Shown: one piece after another, positions 18,770 to 27,322 of the stretch
How the letters are laid out: each line of letters begins with the position of its first letter
How positions within the stretch are numbered: the first letter of the stretch is position 1
Source: Deltaproteobacteria bacterium
Lineage (GTDB): Bacteria; Desulfobacterota; Dissulfuribacteria; Dissulfuribacterales; QOAL01
Direction: 5' to 3'
NCBI GenBank assembly: GCA_015493475.1
Contig: WGDC01000083.1
Span: 13,856 to 77,855, forward strand
Length of the DNA: 64,000 bases
The notes under the pieces: generated by a model
What the model was told of the DNA's origin: nothing
Seen by the model: the letters and a program-made list of their open reading frames with translations, nothing else
Database searches by the model: none
Position numbers and translations under genes: made by a program

Positions 18770-19333
18770 ATGGTCTTTTTTGAAAGGGCTGGACGAGGAA
18801 ACACTGCTGACACACTTGAAGCTGCCTTTGAGTTTGCTATGGGGCACGCCATTGGCAGCGTTGTACTGGCCTCCACCTACGGTGATACGGCATTAAAGGC
18901 GGTTAAGCTCAGGCAGGAAAGGGGCATGGATATCCTGGAACTTGTCGTGATTACACATAATTTCGGCTTCGGGGGCGAGCCTGCTCTTGAAATGATCGTA
19001 GAGACGAGAAGGGAACTGGAGCATAACAATGTCACCGTTTACACGGGAACCATGCCCTTCAGGAACATCGGCACCGCCATAAGGGAAAATATGGGCTATT
19101 CTCAACAGGACCTTGTGGCCAATACCCTGCGCCTTTTGGGCCAGGGTGTCAAGGTGTGCGTGGAGATCGCCCTTATGGCCTTTGATGCAGGTCTTGTGGG
19201 AAGAGAAGATATTATGACAGTCGCCGGTACCCGAAGGGGTGCGGATACGGCATGCGTCATATTGCCCGCCCCTTCAAACAGGCTGTTTGATCTAAAGATA
19301 CGGCAGATAGTAGCCAAGCCCCTTGACTGGTAA
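18770..19333 (+). CDS. Pyruvate kinase C-terminal (alpha/beta) domain-like protein
   Basis: 'VVLASTYGDTALK...VTHNFGFG...VAGTRRGADTA' resembles the stand-alone PK_C-like family. The start could be 18737 or 18770; the latter follows GGGAG. Confidence 0.5.
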   Translation: MVFFERAGRGNTADTLEAAFEFAMGHAIGSVVLASTYGDTALKAVKLRQERGMDILELVVITHNFGFGGEPALEMIVETRRELEHNNVTVYTGTMPFRNIGTAIRENMGYSQQDLVANTLRLLGQGVKVCVEIALMAFDAGLVGREDIMTVAGTRRGADTACVILPAPSNRLFDLKIRQIVAKPLDW

Positions 19334-19354
19334 GGCTCGCTGTGCTGCAGGGAA

Positions 19355-19822
19355 TTGATTATGAGCAGGGAAGACATCAGGATAATAAGTCAGAATCGCA
19401 AGGCGAGGCACGAGTATCATATCATTGACACGCTCGAGGCGGGGATAGTGCTACTTGGGCCAGAGGTAAAATCCATCCGCGATGGCCGGGTCAACATAAA
19501 GGATGGTTACGTGGAGATCCGGGGCGGGGAGGCCTGGCTCCATAATGTTCACATTTCTCCCTATCCATTTGCAAATAACACTGCAAGGCCCGATCCTCTG
19601 CGGCCCAGGAAGCTTCTTCTCCACGGGCGGGAGATCAAGAGGCTATCCGGAAAGGTGAAGGAGAGGGGATTTACCCTTATTCCCTTGAGGCTGTACCTTT
19701 CGAGGGGCAAGGTAAAGGTGGAGATCGCCCTTGCAAAGGGAAAAAAGCTATATGATAAGAGGGAGACGCTCAAACGAAAGACTATGAACAGGGAGTTTGA
19801 ACGGAGGTTTAAGATCCACTGA
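19355..19822 (+). CDS. smpB: SsrA-binding protein
   Basis: 'NRKARHEYHI', 'GIVLLGPEVKSIR' and 'RPRKLLLHGREI' are canonical SmpB sequence; 155 aa. Confidence 0.9.
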   Translation: MIMSREDIRIISQNRKARHEYHIIDTLEAGIVLLGPEVKSIRDGRVNIKDGYVEIRGGEAWLHNVHISPYPFANNTARPDPLRPRKLLLHGREIKRLSGKVKERGFTLIPLRLYLSRGKVKVEIALAKGKKLYDKRETLKRKTMNREFERRFKIH

Positions 19823-19828
19823 CAGCAA

Positions 19829-19855
19829 AGAGGGCCTCAAGAGGAGGCCCTTTCG
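19829..19855 (+). terminator. Hairpin after smpB (weak intrinsic terminator)
   Basis: GGGCCTC (19832-38), a 5-nt loop and GAGGCCC (19844-50), followed by a short T3 tract only. Confidence 0.4.
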
Positions 19856-19917
19856 CACATGGTGTGGCAGCAGCCTGCCAAGAGAGGGGCGTTGGAAAAC
19901 AACTTCTCTGACGTCTC

Positions 19918-21324
19918 TTAGAAGTCTATCTGGCTCCTGACCCCCCATATATAAATGTCATCCATCCTTGTGTCCCCTCCTGCATTTTTTATCCACTGAA
20001 AGTCTCCGGTCAGGGCGAAGCGGCTAACGATACCGAGACGGTAATATGCCTCTATGTATTTTTCTCCTGCGGTGTGATTTCGCGTTTTCTCGTAACCATG
20101 GGAAAGCAGGGTCTCGGCGAATCCGAGGCCGAAGGCGTCTCCGCCGCGGTTCCACAGACCTCCATCGAGCTGGAACCCCACGGACCAGCTCCCTTCTACC
20201 GGGAGTATCTCCCATTTATTGTCATCCCAGTTCCAGGTCACCCTATCGTTAGTAATGGTCTGGCTGAATCGTGCAAAGCCGGTGATGCCGGTAAGAAGCT
20301 CCTGGTCAAAGGAAAGCCCCCAGCCATAGAGAGAGTTGTCAGCAAACCTGTGTCCCGCCTCATGACTCAATTCAGGAAGCTTAGAAAGCTCATTAACCTT
20401 CATGTAGCGCCTTTTGTCGAGCCAGCTGTAGAACCTGTAATTGCCTTTTCGGCCGAAGAGGCCCGGCATGATATTCATCTGTCCGATAATCATTCCATTG
20501 TCAAATGGGTCTGTCCACACGGAGTCGTCTCCGTGCTCGGCCACCCCTGCCCCTATTATTCTGAATTCTACCATGTCTGTCGGGTTTGCCCTGAGCATGA
20601 ACGCGGGGCAGTAAAAGCTGTCTGGCTCGGGAATATTAACCCCCATGCTCTTTACAAAGATGTTTGAAAGGAACTCAGTGGTTTCATCACCTGCTGCCTC
20701 GTTTTGGTCAAACAGCACGCTGATGTCCATCTTGCCAACATCCATTCCGAATTTGTTATCGAGAAAGGAGAATTCGTAAAAGGCCTCGGAGATGGTCAGG
20801 GCTGCCTGGTCAAGGCCGATGGTGGTCTTGTACGCATCATAGTTAGGCACGCTGAAGCTTGGCACGTCGTTGTTAAGACCGTCTCCGTCTCCTCCTTCAA
20901 AGTGGACAAAAAACCTGCCCCACCTTGCGAAGTCGGCGTTCACGTTGAAGTCTATGGTGTAAGAGGCATCCTGTGTCGAATGGACCCTGTCCATGCTGTT
21001 CGCATCTCCGAGTGTGCCCATAAGGATTCCGGTAACGTCGCCGCTAAGGCTGAACCGTTTGTACCACTGTTCCGCCTCGCCCTGTTCCTCCTGTTCGCCA
21101 CCCTCTGTTTCTGCTGGTTCCTTTTTGGCATAGGCCTGTCGCTTCTTGAGGGTGGCAAGTTCCTTTTCTACGTTCGCAAGCCTGCTATTCAGCTGCCTGT
21201 TTTCCTTGATAAGTTCCCTGACAAGCTGCTCGAGCCGCTGCTGCTTTGCTCCGTCGCCTGCTGAGGCAGGGGCTGTGAAAAACAGCAGCGCAGCCATGAG
21301 GGCAAAAATGACCATTATTCTCAT
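19918..21324 (-). CDS. Outer-membrane porin with N-terminal coiled coil
   Basis: It has a signal peptide 'ALLFFTAPASA' and a heptad-like stretch 'QQRLEQLVRELIKENRQLNSRLANVEKELATLKKRQ'. The body has alternating, aromatic-rich beta-strand character and ends in '...WGVRSQIDF' with a C-terminal Phe, as in OprB-like porins. Confidence 0.6.
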   Translation of the reverse strand: MRIMVIFALMAALLFFTAPASAGDGAKQQRLEQLVRELIKENRQLNSRLANVEKELATLKKRQAYAKKEPAETEGGEQEEQGEAEQWYKRFSLSGDVTGILMGTLGDANSMDRVHSTQDASYTIDFNVNADFARWGRFFVHFEGGDGDGLNNDVPSFSVPNYDAYKTTIGLDQAALTISEAFYEFSFLDNKFGMDVGKMDISVLFDQNEAAGDETTEFLSNIFVKSMGVNIPEPDSFYCPAFMLRANPTDMVEFRIIGAGVAEHGDDSVWTDPFDNGMIIGQMNIMPGLFGRKGNYRFYSWLDKRRYMKVNELSKLPELSHEAGHRFADNSLYGWGLSFDQELLTGITGFARFSQTITNDRVTWNWDDNKWEILPVEGSWSVGFQLDGGLWNRGGDAFGLGFAETLLSHGYEKTRNHTAGEKYIEAYYRLGIVSRFALTGDFQWIKNAGGDTRMDDIYIWGVRSQIDF

Positions 21325-21347
21325 GCTTTCCCTCCCTGGTGATGCTA

Positions 21348-22292
21348 TTATGAAAAATCTTCAAGAGCCTGTTTTATATGCTCAATGATTATCTCGTTGG
21401 TGACCTTGTAGAGGCCGAGCCCTTTGTAGAGTTTCACTCCTTCTACGCTGGTTTGTGGGCATGACACCTTCTTGCCGGCGGCCTCTAGTTCCATTGCCCA
21501 GGATTTCTCTCCCTCTTTATTGACCTTTTTGCCCATGATGTCGTGCATCACATGGTCGCCGGCTACAAGCATTAACGGGATGATCCTCACGTTTTTGCCC
21601 TTGTATTTTTCTGCCCTTTGCAACGCGTCTGCTTTGTCTGGCACTCCCTCCACGCTTCCAAGAAAACAGTTGGGATAATGGACACTGAGTAGGCGGTCAA
21701 ATGCAAGGTAGACTGCCGTTGACGGGGCTGCATAGGTGTTGGGAGAACCATGGCCCGCCATGACGTTACAGCCCTGGTCAGGCTTCAGAAACTCTCCTGA
21801 TATGCCCTGAAGCACCTTTTTTGCATCTTCCCAGGTAGCCATTACCGGTTCTCCGATGGCAATATGCAACCCAGGCATCTTGGCTTGGTCTATCATGTGC
21901 ATGTATTCCTCGCCAGGGAAGATGTGAAGGGACTGGACCACGACTTTGGTATAGCCATTAGCCTCGAGTGAGGCCAAGACCTGGGGTAGACTGTAGAGCG
22001 TCCTGTTTATTTTCTTTTTCCTGTAAATATTGTTCATCTTATCCCTGATTATATCCGAGGTAAACGCCCAGCGGATTTCATGGCCAGGAAATGCAGCTCT
22101 AATCTGTTTGTCAATGAATTCAAAGGTTTTCTGTGCCTTGGTGCTTGTCCCAAAGGCGGTAAGTACGATTGCAGGTTTGAGGTTTTTCTTTACCGGTTTC
22201 AGGAATCTGAGGATATGCGCGCTTGAAGGCGCTGGGGCTGAAAAGAATGCCGTAAAAAGGATCACGCAAAAAAGGCAAAAAAAACGTTTCAT
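21348..22292 (-). CDS. cbiK: Sirohydrochlorin cobaltochelatase CbiK-type, with signal peptide (periplasmic form)
   Basis: CbiK fold motifs 'VLTAFGTS', 'VVVQSLHIFPGEEY', 'MAGHGS' and 'LMLVAGDHV' are present. The N-terminal signal is 'FCVILFTAFFSAPAPSSA'. AGGAGG RBS. Confidence 0.75.
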   Translation of the reverse strand: MKRFFCLFCVILFTAFFSAPAPSSAHILRFLKPVKKNLKPAIVLTAFGTSTKAQKTFEFIDKQIRAAFPGHEIRWAFTSDIIRDKMNNIYRKKKINRTLYSLPQVLASLEANGYTKVVVQSLHIFPGEEYMHMIDQAKMPGLHIAIGEPVMATWEDAKKVLQGISGEFLKPDQGCNVMAGHGSPNTYAAPSTAVYLAFDRLLSVHYPNCFLGSVEGVPDKADALQRAEKYKGKNVRIIPLMLVAGDHVMHDIMGKKVNKEGEKSWAMELEAAGKKVSCPQTSVEGVKLYKGLGLYKVTNEIIIEHIKQALEDFS

Positions 22293-22346
22293 CTTTCTCC
22301 TCCTAAATTTTTTTGGGGGACTTAAAGTGAAATTCGGCCGGAAAAT

Positions 22347-22388
22347 AAAAACGCCCGCATCCTGTCTTGGAACAGGATGTGGGCGCCC
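22347..22388 (-). terminator. Riboswitch expression-platform terminator
   Basis: The minus strand reads GGGCGCCCACAUCCUGUuccaagACAGGAUGCGGGCGUUUUUAUUUU, about 55 nt upstream of the cbiK ATG. Confidence 0.8.
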
Positions 22389-22449
22389 GTCTTTCCCACA
22401 GCCTTTCTCCCATTGCCAGGTCCCCGCTGGCCTATGGAGATTTTTTTGG

Positions 22450-22605
22450 TCTTGTGCAGGTATCCTGACTTGCGGATCTTCCTACTCCCTGAGCCTTCCC
22501 ATAGCGACAAACGCTACAGTGGCGTATCTCAGGTTTCGTCCCCGCTTACAGTGGCGGGCCCGTTCTGGATTTTCACCAGATTCCCTGCAACGGACTGGAT
22601 AACGA
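22450..22605 (-). promoter_or_regulatory. Cobalamin (B12) riboswitch aptamer
   Basis: The minus strand reads ...GGGAAUCUGGUGAAAAUCCAGAACGGGCCCGCCACUGUAAGCGGGGACGAAACC...CGCCACUGUAG...GGGAAGGCUCAGGG...AAGUCAGGAUACCUGCAC. This includes the conserved GGUGAAAAUCC, CCCGCCACUGU, B12-box GCCACUG, GGGAAGGC and AGUCAGGAUACCUGC elements. Confidence 0.9.
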
Positions 22606-22759
22606 TTCTATTAATAAAAGAAGGTGGTTGTTGTCAACTGCCAATTGTCACTATGCCCCAATGACAAATGGAGTCCATGCCTAACAAGGCCACGTGGTAA
22701 ACCTCGATGAGCCCCTATACGGAAAGCGCCCACCGGACTGCCACTAAGAAGGTGACACC

Positions 22760-23419
22760 TTACAGCCCAACCTCTTTTTTAAATTCCTCGACCCCGATTT
22801 TCTTGATGACCTTTTCAAGCCTCGATTTTTTCTTAACGTTTTCCCTGAAAAACTTGGCGATCCTGCGGACAAGCTTTACTGCCTCTTTGCTGTTGGTGAT
22901 CATACCCATTTTTTCTCCAATGGCCGGGCGTGCTCCCCCGTGTCCTCCTATTAGTACCTGGAAGCCGCTTTTCACTCCAACGAATCCCACATCCACCATG
23001 TTAGCCCAGGAGCAACTTGCGGGGCATCCTGCAACTGCAACCTTTATCTTTCTCGCTATAGGCTCTCTCGCTGTCTTGTCCATCAGCTCCTCTGCAAAGG
23101 GAAAGGTCTCCTGGAGGGCAAGCCTGCAATAAGGTCTGCCCACGCAGACCCTCGGCTGGGACAAGTCCATGGCCTTTTTGGCGTTAAGCCCTGTCCCGGA
23201 GATGAGTTCCATGGCCCTTTTCCCGGTTTCATCGTTAAGGTCAAGAATAAGGAATTTCTGGGCTGTCGTAAGGTGAACCCTGCATCCCAATTCATCCATC
23301 ATGTTGGCAAGGGCCTTTAGGTCGGCCGCTTTGGGGCAGGCCCCTTCAGGAACCTCCACGTATATGGCAAAAGAGCCGTCTTTCTGGGGAAGAAGGCCAG
23401 GAATGGTGGCTTGTGACAT
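22760..23419 (-). CDS. Small sulfite/nitrite reductase-like sirohaem-[4Fe-4S] protein (assimilatory type)
   Basis: Cys motif C-x5-C ('CVGRPYC') ... C-x3-C ('CPASC'), typical of NiR/SiR 4Fe-4S/sirohaem domains. At 219 aa it is similar in size to low-molecular-weight aSiR of sulfate reducers. Confidence 0.65.
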   Translation of the reverse strand: MSQATIPGLLPQKDGSFAIYVEVPEGACPKAADLKALANMMDELGCRVHLTTAQKFLILDLNDETGKRAMELISGTGLNAKKAMDLSQPRVCVGRPYCRLALQETFPFAEELMDKTAREPIARKIKVAVAGCPASCSWANMVDVGFVGVKSGFQVLIGGHGGARPAIGEKMGMITNSKEAVKLVRRIAKFFRENVKKKSRLEKVIKKIGVEEFKKEVGL

Positions 23420-23634
23420 CTTTTTCAGTTCCTCCTTGCAAGTTATATTTGTTGAAAAAAGAAATGTTGCTTTTCAGTAATTTTCATATTAGCGCCTCTT
23501 GTAATCAATGCCTTGACTAATATCAATAAGTCTTAACTATAGTAATACCTAAGTAATACCTAAAGAGGCCGCTTCAAATGTTCTTTGAACAAAACTTTTG
23601 CAAGTGGTTATCCTCTTTATTAAACTCATGTTCC

Positions 23635-24558
23635 ATGGAATCACCACTTGGTAGGGTATTCCCCCTCTTGCTTCTCGCGTCTTTTCTGTCTTCGTGTGCG
23701 CTTCTTCCGAGGAACGAGTTCAGGCCGGTTGAAAAGGGTGAAAACTGGCGGGTGAGGCTGACGAAGTTTGTCTCTGGTTCCGATATTGTCAGTAAAGGCG
23801 GCTTCGATCATCCGCATACTTTCACCCTCGTGAGGCTGAATCGTATACTCGGCGCTGTCTATTACAAGGACAATGACGTTCTCGGAAAATCAAGGAAGTC
23901 TCAGGTTTTCAACAAGCGGGTCAGGAAGAAACTTCTGAGGCCGATCCAGAAGGCCTTTTCCATGGCGCAACCCGATGAAGTGGTGGATTTTTCTTTCATG
24001 TTGAAGAAACAGGTGCTATTTTTCTTCTCCAACGATTTCTTTACGAGCGGCATAATGTTTATCAAGGATGGCAGGCTCAACATCGTCTTCAGGACCATAA
24101 ATTTCAAGGGGGCGAATTACTCCGAGGCCATTCGCCAGTTCGTGGGCGACCCCACCAATCGCCCCATAGTCAATTCATGGCGGCTTGTGACCGAGCAGGG
24201 GCAGTCCCTGAAAAAGGCTGCAAGGAAATCCTTTTCTTTCTTCGGGCAGCCCTATTATACTAACTGGTTGATAGTGGACCTGAACTACGATTTCAAGCCT
24301 CCCCCCCTGAAGAGGAGGCATAAGCGGCTCCGGAGGCAGCCCATACAGGAGCTGACTCCCCGGGGCGAGGCCCCTCGGATCAGGTTTGAGCGGCCATTCT
24401 CCAATGTCGGCGCTGTTTACTACGGAAGGTCGGTAAAAGACTCTGTTAAAGCCCGAGAGGTGAGGAAAAAGATCGAGGTGTTGCGGGACCTCTACAACCG
24501 TGGTGAGATAAGCAGGTCAACCTACGAGCGGAAAAAGGAAGAGCTGCTTGCGCCGTAA
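23635..24558 (+). CDS. Lipoprotein of unknown function with SHOCT-like C-terminus
   Basis: The lipobox 'LLLASFLSSC' follows the ATG at 23635. The C-terminal 'IEVLRDLYNRGEISRSTYERKKEELL' resembles the SHOCT short C-terminal domain. Confidence 0.55.
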   Translation: MESPLGRVFPLLLLASFLSSCALLPRNEFRPVEKGENWRVRLTKFVSGSDIVSKGGFDHPHTFTLVRLNRILGAVYYKDNDVLGKSRKSQVFNKRVRKKLLRPIQKAFSMAQPDEVVDFSFMLKKQVLFFFSNDFFTSGIMFIKDGRLNIVFRTINFKGANYSEAIRQFVGDPTNRPIVNSWRLVTEQGQSLKKAARKSFSFFGQPYYTNWLIVDLNYDFKPPPLKRRHKRLRRQPIQELTPRGEAPRIRFERPFSNVGAVYYGRSVKDSVKAREVRKKIEVLRDLYNRGEISRSTYERKKEELLAP

Positions 24559-24577
24559 TGGCCCTTTTTTCCATGTC

Positions 24578-26317
24578 TCAGTAGGTGACTCTGAGTATTT
24601 CGTCGAGGGTTGTGATTCCCTTGAGCATCTTCGTGCAGGCGTCAAACTTGAGTGTTTTCATCCCTTCCCTGATGGCATTCTTTTTTATCTCCGCCTCGGA
24701 ACGGCCCTTGTGTATCATTTCCTTTATCCGGGGCGAGACAGACAAGACCTCGTATATCCCTATCCTTCCATAGTATCCCGTTGAACGGCAGATGTTGCAC
24801 CCTTTGCCGTAAAATACGGGGGCGCGGTCGTTTTTGAGCTTGCATCCAAAGGGTTCGAGTTCATCCGACGAGATCCATTTTTGACGTTTGCATTCGGGGC
24901 AGATAGTGCGGACAAGTCTCTGGGCAACAACACCGAGCAGGGTGGAGGCAATGAGATAGGGCTCGAGTCCCAGGTCAAGGAGCCTGGTGACCGCTCCAGC
25001 CGCGTCGTTTGTATGCAGGGTGGAAAAGACCAAATGGCCGGTTAGAGCGGCCTGCACTGCGTAACTCGCAGTCTCTGCATCACGTATTTCCCCTATCATT
25101 ACGATGTCCGGGTCCTGTCTCAGTATGTTTCTAAGGATGGTGGAGAAAGTAACGTCTATCTGGGGCTGTACCGCTATCTGGTTGAAATCCTCGTAAACCA
25201 TCTCTATGGGGTCTTCAATGGTGACAATGTTTACCCCCGGACTGCTTAGATAGCGTAACGTGGAATAAAGGGTTGTGGATTTTCCAGACCCTGTTGGACC
25301 CGTCATGAGTATCATGCCGTTAGTATTTTTGAGAAACCTGGTGTATCTATGAAAATCCTGCATTGAAAAGCCGAGGCTGTCCAGATCGGTCATAAGGATT
25401 TCCGCGCTTTGCAGCCTGAGTACCACCTTTTCACCAAATGCAACAGGAATGGTGGAGACCCTGACCTCGGCGTCGCCGTTTTTCCACGAAAGCTTTATCC
25501 TCCCGTCCTGCGGGCGTCTTTTTTCCGCTATGTCAAGGCGCGAAAGGGCCTTTATCCTGGTGCACATGGCGTCGTGAACAACCCTTGGAAGGCGGTAGAT
25601 GGTATGCAGTACCCCGTCTATCCTGAACCTGATAACACACTCCTTTCTTTTTGGCTCTATGTGTATGTCACTGGCCCTCTCGTTAAGCGCATATTGTAAG
25701 AGGTGGTCAACGGCCTTGTTGATATGCTTGTCACTGGCGTGTAGGTCCTTGCCCGAAAGCTTTACATATTGTTCAAGGTTGGATATGTCTACTTCAGGCG
25801 CGCTTAGGAAGTCCTGGGCAGCCGCAATGGAACGCCTGAAATCGAAAAATTCCTCAATGACCCTTTCTATGTCTCCTTTGGGGCTTATTACAAAGGTTAC
25901 CTGCGCTTTGCACACCCTTTCAATATCGTCTTTTATCTCCTGCTGCTTGGGATAGTATGATGCTATTTCAAGGACGTTGCCGTGCCATTCCAGGGGAAGG
26001 ACAAGCCTCGTTCTTGCAAAGGAGGCGGGTATGGTCCTGGTAACGACCTCCATGTCTAGCTCCAACGGGTCTAACCTCTTGAACCTCCATCCCTGTTTTC
26101 TGCATACCAGTTCCAGTATGTCGGCCTCGGTCAGGAATTTTTCCGGCGCATCCGCCCTCTTTAGGGAAAGTGAGTCGATCCACTGGACCAGGTCGATTCC
26201 CTTTCTCACAGCTATGTGGTGTTTTTCTTTAATGTACGCATGGTCTTTTTCCGAAACGAGTCCGTTTTTTATGAGAAGCCCTAAAATAAAACCTTTGTCC
26301 CTGTAAATATCGTCCAT
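24578..26317 (-). CDS. GspE/PilB-family secretion ATPase (orphan)
   Basis: Walker A 'GPTGSGKSTTLY', 'IVMIGEIRD', 'TGHLVFSTLHTND' and a tetra-Cys cluster 'CPEC...CNIC'. The N-terminal T2SSE_N/MshEN-like segment is 'GFILGLLIKNGLVSEKD'. The start is 26317 or 26371. Confidence 0.85.
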   Translation of the reverse strand: MDDIYRDKGFILGLLIKNGLVSEKDHAYIKEKHHIAVRKGIDLVQWIDSLSLKRADAPEKFLTEADILELVCRKQGWRFKRLDPLELDMEVVTRTIPASFARTRLVLPLEWHGNVLEIASYYPKQQEIKDDIERVCKAQVTFVISPKGDIERVIEEFFDFRRSIAAAQDFLSAPEVDISNLEQYVKLSGKDLHASDKHINKAVDHLLQYALNERASDIHIEPKRKECVIRFRIDGVLHTIYRLPRVVHDAMCTRIKALSRLDIAEKRRPQDGRIKLSWKNGDAEVRVSTIPVAFGEKVVLRLQSAEILMTDLDSLGFSMQDFHRYTRFLKNTNGMILMTGPTGSGKSTTLYSTLRYLSSPGVNIVTIEDPIEMVYEDFNQIAVQPQIDVTFSTILRNILRQDPDIVMIGEIRDAETASYAVQAALTGHLVFSTLHTNDAAGAVTRLLDLGLEPYLIASTLLGVVAQRLVRTICPECKRQKWISSDELEPFGCKLKNDRAPVFYGKGCNICRSTGYYGRIGIYEVLSVSPRIKEMIHKGRSEAEIKKNAIREGMKTLKFDACTKMLKGITTLDEILRVTY

Positions 26318-26404
26318 GGATTGAAGTTGTAATCTTGTCCCTATGGGAATACCCTGTTTTGAAGTCCACACGTTTCACCCGTATTATCGGAAAAAGGACA
26401 GGTT

Positions 26405-27322
26405 ATGATAAGCATTGAAGAAAATAAAAAACTCTGGATAGAGCTCCTTTTAGAGTGTAGGAGGGAGGTGCAGGAGCCCCTGTGCGATTTTCTTGTCTCT
26501 GAACTGCGACGGGGGGTGATAATCGAGGAGGCGCCCCAATCCGGGGACACACTTTTCATAAAGGCTTACCTCAGTCGGGAAGACCTTGAATCGGGTGCGT
26601 TGTCTGTCATAAAGAATTACATGGAAGAGCTTTCCAAGCTCTATCCGGACTCGGTTGCCAGGATCAAGAGCGAAGAGGTTATCGAGGAGGATTGGCATGA
26701 CAAATGGAAACGGTTTTTCAGGCCTTTGAGAATCGGCGGCAGCCTGGTGGTGAAGCCTACATGGGAAGAGTATGTGCCCTCAGTTGAGGACGTGGTGATA
26801 GAGATGGACCCTGGGCGGGCCTTCGGAGTGGGAAGCCACGCCTCCACAAGGCTTGTTCTAGAAAGGCTCGATGAGTTGGGCCGTGATGACAGGCTTGGGG
26901 GGCTCCATGTTCTCGACGTTGGTACCGGTTCCGGGATACTCGCCATCGCGGCGGCAAAGCTCGGGGCAGAAAGCGTCCTCGCCATAGACGTTGACCAGGA
27001 TGCAGTGGAGACAGCGAGGAAAAATGTCCATCTCAATGACGTCCATGACAGGGTTTCCGTAAGCACTACCCCTGTCTGGGAGGTAGAAGGGCCCTTTGAT
27101 CTTGTCCTTGCGAACATAGACAGGGACACGCTTCTTTTCCTGTCTATGGATATTGCAAAGCAGGTTTCATGCGGGGGACGGCTCATTCTCAGCGGGATAC
27201 TGCGCGAACATGCAGAGACTGTCAGGGATTCCTTTAGCAAAAGGGGCCTTGAATTCGTGGCTTTGAAACCTGACAAGAAGGACAGCCAATGGGTATTGCT
27301 GGAGATGCAAGGCGCTTCATAG
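26405..27322 (+). CDS. prmA: Ribosomal protein L11 methyltransferase
   Basis: 'EDWHDKWKRFFRPLRIG', 'IEMDPGRAFGVGSHASTRL', 'VLDVGTGSGILAIAA' and 'ANI'. Confidence 0.85.
   Translation: MISIEENKKLWIELLLECRREVQEPLCDFLVSELRRGVIIEEAPQSGDTLFIKAYLSREDLESGALSVIKNYMEELSKLYPDSVARIKSEEVIEEDWHDKWKRFFRPLRIGGSLVVKPTWEEYVPSVEDVVIEMDPGRAFGVGSHASTRLVLERLDELGRDDRLGGLHVLDVGTGSGILAIAAAKLGAESVLAIDVDQDAVETARKNVHLNDVHDRVSVSTTPVWEVEGPFDLVLANIDRDTLLFLSMDIAKQVSCGGRLILSGILREHAETVRDSFSKRGLEFVALKPDKKDSQWVLLEMQGAS

Noticed and set aside
19823-19917. A tmRNA (ssrA) gene expected near smpB.
   Set aside because: Only 95 nt separate smpB from the porin gene, and they contain a small hairpin. There is no tRNA-like acceptor/T-arm or tag-reading-frame sequence here or in other intergenic regions of the window.
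23541-23562. A tandem 11-bp direct repeat, AGTAATACCTA x2, upstream of the lipoprotein gene.
   Set aside because: The repeat is real in the sequence, but it has only two short AT-rich copies. There is no further evidence for regulatory or CRISPR-like function. It is noted only as a possible regulator half-site pair.
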